Shown here piece after piece: positions 7,742-16,038 of a stretch of DNA of 44,026 bases. Both the position numbers and the translations under genes were made by a program. The first letter of the stretch is position 1; each line of letters starts with the position of its first letter. The stretch comes from Candidatus Magasanikbacteria bacterium RIFOXYC2_FULL_40_16. GTDB taxonomy: Bacteria > Patescibacteriota > Patescibacteriia > Magasanikbacterales > UBA922. Under the pieces are notes generated by a model. That model saw only the letters and a program-made list of their open reading frames with translations. It searched no databases and was not told the DNA's origin. The stretch is taken from contig MFQY01000053.1 of NCBI GenBank assembly GCA_001783185.1, positions 1 through 44,026 on the forward strand, in the 5' to 3' direction.

Positions 7742-8860
7742 ATGTCCCCGAAAAAAGAAAAAAAAGAATTAAGCGAATTTGAAGAAAAACTGAATAACTG
7801 GATAGCAAAATTAACTCATATTTCTTTCATACAGAAAATATTTTTCGTGGACCATTTGCGCACCATGATTCACGCCAGTCTTTCTTTGGTTGAGTCGCTG
7901 GAAATCTTGGCTAAAGAAACCACTAATAGAAAATTCAAAGGAATTATTTCCGAAGTTAAAGGCGAAGTTGAAAAAGGCCGGCCGTTGAGCGAAGTCCTGA
8001 ACGATTATCCAAAAGTGTTTCCACCCATCTATGTAAAAATGATTGCCGCAGGCGAAATGTCCGGAAAGCTCAATGAAACACTGGAACAAATTGTCGTCCA
8101 GATGAAAAAAACCCAGGAACTCCGTTCCAGCATCAGGGGCGCGATGATTTATCCGGCGGTCATCATTATCGCCATCGTCGGCGTCGCCATATTTATGATG
8201 ACATCGGTTCTGCCAAAAATGATGTCTTTGTTTTCCGAATTTAACGCTGAACTGCCATTAGCCACCAGAATTCTTATAAAAACAACCAACTTTTTTAGCC
8301 ACCCTCTCAATGTTATAATGATTATCGTGGGAGTTGTCGGATTAATAACGTTGTTTATTTTCACGCTAAAAAAAGTCTATGGTTTTCGCAAAGCCATTCA
8401 TATTATAAATTTAAACTTGCCGATTATCGGGCCGGTTATCAAACAAATTAATTTGGCGCGCTTCTCTCTAACGCTCTCCTCACTTTTAAAAAGCACCATC
8501 CCAATTATTGAAGCTATGGACATCACCGCTGACACTTGCACCAATCTGCAATACCAAACTTCTCTGCACAAAATCGCCGTAGAAATAAAATCCGGTCGGC
8601 CGCTCTCCGAACTTTTAGCGGAATATGATAAACTATATCCACCGATGGTGACGGAGATGATTATGGTGGGCGAGAGATCCGGCGAGGTGGACAGACTGTT
8701 AAACGAATTATCGGATTTTTACGGGTCGGAAGTAGATAAAACCATGAAAAATTTCGCGCAAATCATAGAGCCAATTATAATTATAGTGCTGGGTTTGGCC
8801 GTGGGTGGCGTGGCCGTGGCGATAATAATGCCAATGTACACATTAGTACAGGCGGTGTAA
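7742..8860 (+). CDS. pilC: type IV pilus platform protein PilC (GspF family)
   Basis: 372 aa with two GspF-like repeats and three transmembrane segments, immediately downstream of pilB. Confidence 0.85.
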   Translation: MSPKKEKKELSEFEEKLNNWIAKLTHISFIQKIFFVDHLRTMIHASLSLVESLEILAKETTNRKFKGIISEVKGEVEKGRPLSEVLNDYPKVFPPIYVKMIAAGEMSGKLNETLEQIVVQMKKTQELRSSIRGAMIYPAVIIIAIVGVAIFMMTSVLPKMMSLFSEFNAELPLATRILIKTTNFFSHPLNVIMIIVGVVGLITLFIFTLKKVYGFRKAIHIINLNLPIIGPVIKQINLARFSLTLSSLLKSTIPIIEAMDITADTCTNLQYQTSLHKIAVEIKSGRPLSELLAEYDKLYPPMVTEMIMVGERSGEVDRLLNELSDFYGSEVDKTMKNFAQIIEPIIIIVLGLAVGGVAVAIIMPMYTLVQAV

Positions 8861-8862
8861 TT

Positions 8863-8934
8863 GATGTTCTAGGTGTTGTAGATGCTTAAGATGTTCTAGT
8901 TGTTCTAATTGTTCTAAGTGTTCTAAGTGTTCTA
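8863..8934. repeat. eight tandem 9-nt units NNTGTTCTA in the pilC-pilM spacer
   Basis: Read directly: gatgttcta ggtgttgta gatgcttaa gatgttcta gttgttcta attgttcta agtgttcta agtgttcta. Confidence 0.9.
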
Positions 8935-8937
8935 ATG

Positions 8938-9014
8938 AACATTTTGAACAAGCCAAGCGATATAACATTTTGAACATTTTGAACAAGCCAAGCGATATAA
9001 CATTTTGAACAAGC
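8938..9014. repeat. tandem ~26-nt repeat AACATTTTGAACAAGCCAAGCGATAT (2 full copies plus partials)
   Basis: Read directly. The words TTGAAC/TAGAAC are the reverse complement of the GTTCTA words in the preceding array. Confidence 0.85.
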
Positions 9015-9081
9015 AACGGCGGTATATCAATTTAAACAAACGCTAACGATAGAACAATTAGACCATTCAAAACACTTAAAT

Positions 9082-10185
9082 ATGTTTTTCAACCCTTTTC
9101 CACACGCAATCGGACTGGACATAGGCGACCTGACAATAAAAATGGTCCAGCTTGATAATATCTCCCGGAGAAAAAATCATCCGTCATTTAGGTTGGTAAA
9201 CGCGCGCAGTACCCAACTTCCGCACGGATTGATTGTTAATGGTGAATTGGAAAAACCGGAAGCGGTCAGAAAATATCTTCTCCATTTACTTGAAAAAAGG
9301 GGCGACCGAAAAGATAAATACTACAAATCCCCATGGGTGGTTGCATCCATTCCCGACAGATATGGTTTTATAAAACTAATCCAACTGGAAAAAGAACCCG
9401 AAGACATCATAGACGAGGATATTATCATCGCTTCGCAAAAGCATGTGCCTTTTCAGGAAAATGATTACTACCTTGATTGGCAAATCGTGCCCAGCCACAA
9501 TCATGGAACCGAATATACCAATGTTTTACTGGCGAGCATTCCAAAAAATATTGCCAATATGTACACCTACCTGCTGGAAAGCGTAGGCTTAATCGTGGTG
9601 GCGCTGGAACTTGGCGCTCTCTCAACCGTCAGAACCATGATAACGGCCAATAAACATTATGATAGCGAAGGTCGTGGCATCCTGCGTCTTGGCTCAACCG
9701 AATCAACCCTGACCGTGTATGACCACGACCATGTGCAGTTCAGTAAATCGCTGAATTATTCCGGAGAAGTTTTAACAGCCGCCATCGCCCAAAATCTGCA
9801 TATCACCTACGAAGAAGCGGAGATGAAAAAGAAGGCCTACGGTCTGGAATACACAAAAAATAAAGTCTGGCCGATATTGGCGGAGCAAACCGACAAGTTA
9901 ATCGTTGAAATAGAACAAATTTTGGATTTTTACTACACCCATTTTCCTTTTACCAATAAAATCACCAAGATAGTGATGTGTGGGGGCGGTTCAACTCTGA
10001 AAAATCTGGATAAGGCGCTGACGGCAAAATTAAAAATAGAAACAAAAACCGGCGATGTCTGGAAAAATCTTTCTCCATCCAAACCGATTAATATGGATAC
10101 GGAAAAATCACTGCGTTTCGCCAAAGCAATCGGTTTAGCCTTGCGCGCGGCCGGCAATCCGTTTTTTGATAATAACTATATATAA
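9082..10185 (+). CDS. pilM: type IV pilus assembly protein PilM (actin-like ATPase fold)
   Basis: The N-terminus GLDIGDLTIKMVQL and the CGGGS motif are typical of PilM/FtsA-like proteins. It is followed by PilN/PilO-like genes. Confidence 0.8.
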   Translation: MFFNPFPHAIGLDIGDLTIKMVQLDNISRRKNHPSFRLVNARSTQLPHGLIVNGELEKPEAVRKYLLHLLEKRGDRKDKYYKSPWVVASIPDRYGFIKLIQLEKEPEDIIDEDIIIASQKHVPFQENDYYLDWQIVPSHNHGTEYTNVLLASIPKNIANMYTYLLESVGLIVVALELGALSTVRTMITANKHYDSEGRGILRLGSTESTLTVYDHDHVQFSKSLNYSGEVLTAAIAQNLHITYEEAEMKKKAYGLEYTKNKVWPILAEQTDKLIVEIEQILDFYYTHFPFTNKITKIVMCGGGSTLKNLDKALTAKLKIETKTGDVWKNLSPSKPINMDTEKSLRFAKAIGLALRAAGNPFFDNNYI

Positions 10186-10189
10186 AAAC

Positions 10190-10717
10190 ATGTACTCCAT
10201 AAAAATCAATTTACTTTCAACTGAAAAAAGGAAAAATCTTAACCGGATGATATATGTTCAGTTTGTCAAAAATACTTTTGTCAGTATTGTGATTGTATTT
10301 TGTATATCCGGTATTACTCTGCTCGGCGCCCAATTGGTGCTGGAAGAATACTTCAGCGAGGTCAACAACAGCCTGGCTTTTTCCGGCGATATGTATTCGG
10401 GACAAAACAAAAAAATATCCGAGGTCAACGATATAATTAAAAAAACCGAAGTTATCCAAGATATCCATAATTTATGGTCGCAAAAAATCCTGGAGTTAGG
10501 CAACGCCACCCCCAAAAATGTTTCTTTAAACAGTATGGCGTTGAATAAACAAAAAAATGAAATCAGTCTTTCCGGGATAGCCAAAGACCGCGACTCGTTG
10601 TTGGAATTGAAAACCAACATAGAAAAACTGGATTTTATAGAGAAAATAGAAATACCGCTTTCCCAATTAACGGAAAAAGAAAATATAGATTTTTCCATTG
10701 TTATAAAAATGAAATGA
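10190..10717 (+). CDS. pilN: PilN-like bitopic membrane protein
   Basis: INLL..E motif near the N-terminus, then a single transmembrane segment and a periplasmic-type domain. The start is moved to the ATG at 10190, just after the pilM stop. Confidence 0.65.
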   Translation: MYSIKINLLSTEKRKNLNRMIYVQFVKNTFVSIVIVFCISGITLLGAQLVLEEYFSEVNNSLAFSGDMYSGQNKKISEVNDIIKKTEVIQDIHNLWSQKILELGNATPKNVSLNSMALNKQKNEISLSGIAKDRDSLLELKTNIEKLDFIEKIEIPLSQLTEKENIDFSIVIKMK

Positions 10718-10730
10718 ACGGAATAAGTTT

Positions 10731-11303
10731 ATGAAAAAAATTGATATTAAAAAACAGATGTTCACAATGATGCTGTTGATAATCGCTATCAGTTTTGTTA
10801 TCGCTTTTTCCGTTATTTTGCCGACAATTCAAAGCATTAGAGGTTTGCAAAAAGACATCAATGACACGCGGTTGTTTTTGGAAGAACAAAGCGAAAAAAT
10901 ACAAAAAATGCGTCGATCAATACACAGCCTCGGCGACATAGAAAAACAAATTGAGAAATTTAGAGAGACTTCAACCGTCGGCAATCATGAATTGGAGATA
11001 ATCACCAAGCTGGAACAAATCGCCAACGAACACAATATCAACCAATCCTTAAAAGCCATTCTTTACGAAGCTAAAACCGGTTCTTCCGCTGGCGACAACC
11101 TGCCTCCGCTTTTAAAAGACAAAAATTACTATGTATTTTCATTTAGTAGCGAAGGAAAATATGAAGACATAATAAAATACCTTAGAGCAATTGAACAGCT
11201 CCCCTACTATTTCAGCATAAACTCTATTCAGCTTTCCAGAAAAAACGACATAGGAACCATATCTTTACGATTTGACGCCACGTTGTTTATCTTTGACAAA
11301 TAA
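10731..11303 (+). CDS. pilO: PilO-like bitopic membrane protein
   Basis: Transmembrane segment followed by a coiled coil and an alpha/beta domain, positioned after pilN. Confidence 0.55.
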   Translation: MKKIDIKKQMFTMMLLIIAISFVIAFSVILPTIQSIRGLQKDINDTRLFLEEQSEKIQKMRRSIHSLGDIEKQIEKFRETSTVGNHELEIITKLEQIANEHNINQSLKAILYEAKTGSSAGDNLPPLLKDKNYYVFSFSSEGKYEDIIKYLRAIEQLPYYFSINSIQLSRKNDIGTISLRFDATLFIFDK

Positions 11304-11311
11304 AAAATTTT

Positions 11312-11725
11312 ATGAGATTAGGCGACCTGATAGCAAAAATTAAAGTTAAAAAGGAAGAAATCCAAAAAAAGCAATCCTCCAGGAAGGCTGATTCTGATAT
11401 CAAAACAAAAGACAAAAGAAACCGGCCAATAGTTATTTTAAGGCTATTGAGTTTTTTGATAATTTTTCTTTTAATACTGGCCTTGATGTTTACTTTTATA
11501 TTTGTGTATAATAGCGTCACCAATTCAATCGGCTATATCCAGACCATAGTCAACTACAAAAAAGAGACACAAGTCTATTTGATAGAATTCAGCAAACTGG
11601 ATAAAATAGAAAAATACTGGCAGGAAAAAATCCAGACGGAGTTGCCGGTTATAACCAGAAATCCTTTCCTGGAGCCACAATCAGCTGTTATCGTCACCAG
11701 CACTCCTCAAACACCCGCCCCATAA
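11312..11725 (+). CDS. small membrane-anchored protein of the pilMNO operon (unknown function)
   Basis: 137 aa with a Lys-rich N-terminus and one transmembrane segment (LLSFLIIFLLILALMFTFIFV), tightly packed after the pilO-like gene. Confidence 0.4.
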   Translation: MRLGDLIAKIKVKKEEIQKKQSSRKADSDIKTKDKRNRPIVILRLLSFLIIFLLILALMFTFIFVYNSVTNSIGYIQTIVNYKKETQVYLIEFSKLDKIEKYWQEKIQTELPVITRNPFLEPQSAVIVTSTPQTPAP

Positions 11726-11730
11726 TAAAT

Positions 11731-12858
11731 ATGCCTCAATATAATTTTTTTCTTGGAAATCACCCTGCACTATCTACCGCTGAAATAAAAGCGGTTTTTT
11801 CTGCTGAAGACGTTAATTACGAAATTACAGGCAAAAAAGGAAAAAATCTGTTTGTTTCAACCGATAAAAAAATAAACTCCTTAAAAATAATGGACAAGTT
11901 GGGCGGAACCATAAAAATCGCCAGAGCTGTAGATAAAAAGAAAGATACCGTCTCTGATATAGTTGATTTTCTGCAAAACACACAGTCTGAGGGGAAAATA
12001 CAATTTTCACTGAGCGGGGCAGACCAAAAAGACGCGCTTAAAATAAAAAAAATTCTAAAAGAAACCGGCCGAAACGTGCGCTATGTGGAAATAAAAAATA
12101 CCGCCAGCATTATCCATAATAATTTAGTGGAAAAACAGGGCGATTTATCCATGATTGACGGTTTGATTTTTGTGACCGAAGCGGTTCAACCGATTGAAGA
12201 ATTAAGCCGACGCGATTTTGGCCGGCCCGGTTCTGACAGCCTCAGCGGAATGCTCCCGCCCAAGTTAGCCCGAATAATGATAAATCTGGCCGATGCGCCT
12301 TTCGCTTCCAAAATACTTGATGCTTTTTGCGGATCCGGAACAATCCTGACAGAAGCCATTGCCATGGGCTACAAAAATATTTTTGGAAGCGATCTGTCTG
12401 AACGGGCGATTGAAGATACGGAAACAAATATCCAATGGTATCTCCAAGAAAAAAATCTTAACGATATAAAGTATAAATTATTTTTGTCAGACGCCGCCAA
12501 TCTGGATAATGTCATTGAAAAAAATTCTATTCAAGCGATTATCTCCGAACCATATATGGGCAAGCCTCTTCACGGAAACGAGGGCAAAATATATATATTA
12601 AAACAAACGGAGGAACTGGCGCAATTATATATTAATTCATTTAAAACATTACATAAAATACTGCGCCAAGACGGTTCAATTATTTTTATAATCCCAACTT
12701 TTAAAATTAAAAATGAATTAGTGAAAATTGATTGTATTGATGAAATAAAAAAAATCGGCTTTAATGTTGAACCATTGTCAGAAGAATCTCCTTTCCTAAG
12801 ATATGGGCGCGAAGGCCAGCATCTGGCCAGAGATGTGTGGAAATTTGTTAAAAAATAA
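11731..12858 (+). CDS. SAM-dependent RNA methyltransferase, Trm11/RlmL-like (N-terminal THUMP-like region plus class I MTase)
   Basis: Motif I LDAFCGSGTILTEA and motif IV ISEPYMGK (an (D/N/S)PPY-like motif). Confidence 0.55.
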   Translation: MPQYNFFLGNHPALSTAEIKAVFSAEDVNYEITGKKGKNLFVSTDKKINSLKIMDKLGGTIKIARAVDKKKDTVSDIVDFLQNTQSEGKIQFSLSGADQKDALKIKKILKETGRNVRYVEIKNTASIIHNNLVEKQGDLSMIDGLIFVTEAVQPIEELSRRDFGRPGSDSLSGMLPPKLARIMINLADAPFASKILDAFCGSGTILTEAIAMGYKNIFGSDLSERAIEDTETNIQWYLQEKNLNDIKYKLFLSDAANLDNVIEKNSIQAIISEPYMGKPLHGNEGKIYILKQTEELAQLYINSFKTLHKILRQDGSIIFIIPTFKIKNELVKIDCIDEIKKIGFNVEPLSEESPFLRYGREGQHLARDVWKFVKK

Positions 12859-12871
12859 AATAATAAATAAA

Positions 12872-12901
12872 AGCCCCCCGCTGAACAGCGGAGGGCTTTT
12901 T
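12872..12901 (+). terminator. intrinsic terminator
   Basis: AGCCCCCCGCTG-AACA-GCGGAGGGCT followed by TTTTT. Confidence 0.7.
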
Positions 12902-12973
12902 AAAATGAAAATGTCCTTAGAAAAAAAAGAGAGCTTAACCGAAGTTAAGCCTGTATGGAGGTGGAGCGAATCA

Positions 12974-13021
12974 GATTCGAGTCTCACTTTCCTAGCCTTG
13001 TAAGGAAGTAAGACTCGAATC
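12974..13021. other. long hairpin GATTCGAGTCTCACTTTCC...GGAAGTAAGACTCGAATC between convergent genes
   Basis: Read directly: roughly 18-20-bp imperfect stem and about an 8-nt loop. Confidence 0.6.
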
Positions 13022-13101
13022 AAATCACTGCTTTACCATCTCTTATGTTTTTATAATACTCCTCCATTTAAATACCGTCAAACAATCCCTGTGGATAACT
13101 T

Positions 13102-13842
13102 TTAGATAAACATTTTTTCTACAATCTGCCCCACTATATACCCCACCACAGACGCGATAGAAGCTAAAACAAACATCTCAAAACCGGCTTTAAACCAATT
13201 CCTTTTGGAAAACTTGGAAGTATATACTCCCAATGAAAACAGAGCTAACAAAGTTGAACCGATTGAAACAAACACCGCTACCGGCAAACCCATGAAAAAA
13301 TAAGATGCCACCGGTATCGCCCCGCCCAAAACATACGAAAACAGCATAACTATCGCGTTTTTAAAAGGATTTTCCATATTTTCCGGCACAATCCCCAATT
13401 CCCGATAAGCCATTTCCTGTAAAAATAGTTTTTTATCCTTGGAAGCGACACCTGCCATTTCTTCCGCCAGCTCTTTTGGCCAGCCGTCTATAATATACAT
13501 CTCTTTTAATTCTTCCTTTTCTTCTCCAGGGAATTTGTTCAGCTCGGTTTTTTCTTCTTCTAATTTTCTTTGGTCTATCCCTTTGACTGATTTAGTGGAT
13601 AAATATGTTCCGACCGCCATTGAGATTGACTCAACGGAAATAATAACCAGACCGGACAAAATAACCGTAAAATGATTGCCGGTCGCGGCAGCAATACCGG
13701 TAATCGCGCCCAAAGTGGAAACCATACCATCTTCCATGCCAAAAACCAATTCCCTGAAAGAGGATGATGATCCGTGATTTTGGTGATGGATATAATTTGG
13801 ATTAAATTCTATAGACATAAACACATTAAAACATAAAAGCAT
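13102..13842 (-). CDS. VIT1/CCC1-family iron/manganese transporter
   Basis: FRELVFGMEDGMVSTLGAITGIAAA, a central charged loop and C-terminal transmembrane segments. The likely true start is the ATG at 13818 (MSIEFNP). Confidence 0.75.
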   Translation of the reverse strand: MLLCFNVFMSIEFNPNYIHHQNHGSSSSFRELVFGMEDGMVSTLGAITGIAAATGNHFTVILSGLVIISVESISMAVGTYLSTKSVKGIDQRKLEEEKTELNKFPGEEKEELKEMYIIDGWPKELAEEMAGVASKDKKLFLQEMAYRELGIVPENMENPFKNAIVMLFSYVLGGAIPVASYFFMGLPVAVFVSIGSTLLALFSLGVYTSKFSKRNWFKAGFEMFVLASIASVVGYIVGQIVEKMFI

Positions 13843-13967
13843 TAAAGCATAAAAACAATAATATTATATCTCAATATCAACATATAGACAAATCCGATTA
13901 GCTTCTGATTTCTGTCTAAATTTATGATAAAAAAGCCCTTTGATACTAATATCTCCGGGCTGGCGCA

Positions 13968-14225
13968 TTATATGATTCTCTCTCTGGCATAATAGAGAAT
14001 TGTCAGAAAAGTTTTTGTGTATTGTTTATCACTTACGTAATAAATCATTGAGTTTTCAAAAAACTTAATGTCTTCACGTTTGATGCCGAGATCCAAGAGG
14101 CAGTTTACAAAGTTTACCAACTCTATGTAATTTTCCGCGTATTCCCAAGGAGTATCGCACCAATAAATTTTGGTATAAATTTTAATTCTTTCCTGTCCTC
14201 TATACGGTCCCCCGCCGTCTTGCAT
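13968..14225 (-). CDS. hypothetical protein (85 aa)
   Basis: ORF only; no motif recognised. Confidence 0.35.
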   Translation of the reverse strand: MQDGGGPYRGQERIKIYTKIYWCDTPWEYAENYIELVNFVNCLLDLGIKREDIKFFENSMIYYVSDKQYTKTFLTILYYARERII

Positions 14226-14246
14226 AAAAATACCTTTCTTGCGCCT

Positions 14247-14359
14247 AATTTATCCAGCACCTTCCCAGAATCCCCCGCGGCTTGTTGTGAAGATAAATGG
14301 GTATAAAAATTATTTTTCCTGCAGAATTTAATACTCCACAGGAAGGTGCTGGATTTATT
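14247..14359. repeat. long-range inverted repeat ATCCAGCACCTTCC ... GGAAGGTGCTGGAT (~75-nt spacer) in the leader of the 85-aa ORF
   Basis: Read directly. The CCAGCACC/GGTGCTGG core is the same as in the pseudopilin palindromes. Confidence 0.8.
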
Positions 14360-14427
14360 ATACCAAATCTAAAATCATCCGCCTAGACGGATGACAAAAG
14401 GAGATAAGAGATAGGAGATAAAATTAT

Positions 14428-15510
14428 TTAAGTGGAGATGTGGAAATAACACACGTCTCCGTCTTTAATCAAATAATCTTTTCCGACCAATTGCATTTTG
14501 CCTTTCTCTTTCACCCCAGCCCAACCGCCACATTCCACAAAATCCTGCCATCGGGTAATTTCTGCTTTTATATATCCTTTTTCAAAATCAGTATGAATCA
14601 CTGCCGCCGCTTGCGGACCAGCCGTACCGGCTTTGACTGTCCAAGCGCGCGTTTCCGGTTCGCCCGATGTCAAAAAAGTAACCAAGTTCAATAATTTATA
14701 GCCCGCTAAAATAATTTTATCAAGTCCGGATTGTTCCATACCCAATTCTTTCATATATTCCTTCGCGTCATCCTCGGATAATTCCGACAATTCCGCTTCC
14801 AGTTTCGCGCAAACCTCAACCACTTCACTCCCAAATTCAAATTTACTTTTGGCTATTGTCTTTGAACTGCCAATCTCATCAACATTAACGACATACATCA
14901 TCGGCTTCATCGTCAATAAACACAATTCTTTTAAAATACTCATCTCGTCCTCGTTATATTCAAGCTGACGAGCCGGCTGGCCTTCTTCCAAATGTTTTTC
15001 TAATTTTTCCAACAGATTTATTTCCGGCACGCATTCTTTTATTGCTATACCTTTCGCTTTTTTTCTGGTATTATCCAATCTTTTTTTAACCGTCTGCAAA
15101 TCGGCCATAACCAATTCCAAATTAATAATATCCGCATCGCTGTCCGGATCAATTTTATTGTAAACATGAGTAACATTACCATCGGCAAAAGCTCTAACAA
15201 CCTGAACAATCGCGTCCACCTCGCGGATATGTGATAAAAATTTATTTCCCAAACCCTCGCCTTCAGAAGCGCCTTTTACCAATCCGGCAATATCAACAAA
15301 TTCAATCGCCGTCGGGATGATTTTCTTTGATTTGGAGACATCGGATAATTTTTGCAACCTCTCATCCGGCACGCTTACTATTCCGACATTCGGTTCAATT
15401 GTGCAGAACGGATAATTTTGCGCGTCCGCCAGCTTACTGCGAGTCAGCGCGTTAAACAAAGTGGATTTTCCCACATTCGGCAGACCAACAATTCCGAGTG
15501 ATAGTGACAT
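14428..15510 (-). CDS. ychF: ribosome-binding ATPase YchF
   Basis: GIVGLPNVGKSTLFNALT P-loop and a TGS-like C-terminus. Confidence 0.9.
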   Translation of the reverse strand: MSLSLGIVGLPNVGKSTLFNALTRSKLADAQNYPFCTIEPNVGIVSVPDERLQKLSDVSKSKKIIPTAIEFVDIAGLVKGASEGEGLGNKFLSHIREVDAIVQVVRAFADGNVTHVYNKIDPDSDADIINLELVMADLQTVKKRLDNTRKKAKGIAIKECVPEINLLEKLEKHLEEGQPARQLEYNEDEMSILKELCLLTMKPMMYVVNVDEIGSSKTIAKSKFEFGSEVVEVCAKLEAELSELSEDDAKEYMKELGMEQSGLDKIILAGYKLLNLVTFLTSGEPETRAWTVKAGTAGPQAAAVIHTDFEKGYIKAEITRWQDFVECGGWAGVKEKGKMQLVGKDYLIKDGDVCYFHIST

Positions 15511-15581
15511 AGATTAGAATATAGAATATAGAATTTAGAATATAGAATATTTTTTAAGCCCCTTTAATGGGGCTAAAACAG

Positions 15582-15654
15582 TGGACTGTGCGAGATTCGA
15601 ACTCGCGACCTCCGCATTGCAAATGCGATGCTCTACCAGCTGAGCTAACAGCCC
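15582..15654 (-). tRNA. tRNA-Ala(UGC)
   Basis: Hand-folded cloverleaf GGGCTGT TA GCTC..GAGC A TCGCA TTTGCAA TGCGG .. GCGAG TTCGAAT CTCGC ACAGTCC A, with the G3:U70 identity pair. CCA is not encoded. Confidence 0.9.
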
Positions 15655-15681
15655 TTAATACATTTTAATAACTTAAACTTA

Positions 15682-15764
15682 TCACCCTCCCGACTTAGTC
15701 GGGATGCTCCCAAATGCTGAGCCGAAAGCGAAGTCCCGATCTCACATCGGGAAGCTAGTGGCCC
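15682..15764 (-). pseudogene. degenerate tRNA-Ala-like remnant interrupted by TCCCGA..TCGGGA hairpins
   Basis: Minus strand: GGGCCACTAGCT-[TCCCGATGTGAGATCGGGA..]-CTCAGCATTTGGGAGCA-[TCCCGACTAAGTCGGGA]-GGGTG.. The acceptor and D-arm are recognisable, the anticodon arm is replaced by a hairpin and the T-arm has decayed. Confidence 0.6.
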
Positions 15765-15953
15765 TCAAAAACAAAAAAACTATACCAGTTTTTTAATAAA
15801 ATGTCAATTAAAGTATACCGTATCAAGTATTTAGTATTAAGTATTAAGTATTTGATAATTGATAATAGTTCACCATGTTAAATAATTCCGCTTTGCAGGA
15901 TTGCCCAAAGGACATTTAATAGGGTAACTAGAAAACAAAATATAAAAAACAGA

Positions 15954-15986
15954 CCCCCAGATTTTTCCGAAAAAAAATTCTGGGGG
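15954..15986 (-). terminator. intrinsic terminator after the GC-rich orphan gene
   Basis: CCCCCAGA..TTCTGGGGG stem; on the minus strand it is followed by TCTGTTTTTTAT. Confidence 0.6.
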
Positions 15987-16038
15987 CCAAAGTAACAAAG
16001 AGCCAAAGGGTCAAGGGCAAAATGCCCAAGAACCTAAG

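Noticed and set aside
8863-9014. Possible CRISPR array in the pilC-pilM spacer
   Set aside because: The units are only 9 nt long and contiguous, with no spacers. The second repeat is a simple tandem duplication, and there are no cas genes. It is a micro-repeat leader, not a CRISPR array.
10166-10189. Long N-terminal extensions in the ORF track: pilN at 10166, GHKL gene at 32797, GIY-YIG at 40734, pseudopilins at 2345 and 4067, 41011, and the ComEA-like gene at 21000
   Set aside because: The extensions overlap upstream genes, promoters, pseudo-tRNAs or repeats. Internal ATGs fit the operon spacing, the promoters or the signal peptides better.
12940-13045. Possible tRNA or tRNA-like gene (GATTCGAG / CTCGAATC words, terminal CCA-like sequence)
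   Set aside because: I could not draw a cloverleaf on either strand. The sequence is a single long hairpin.
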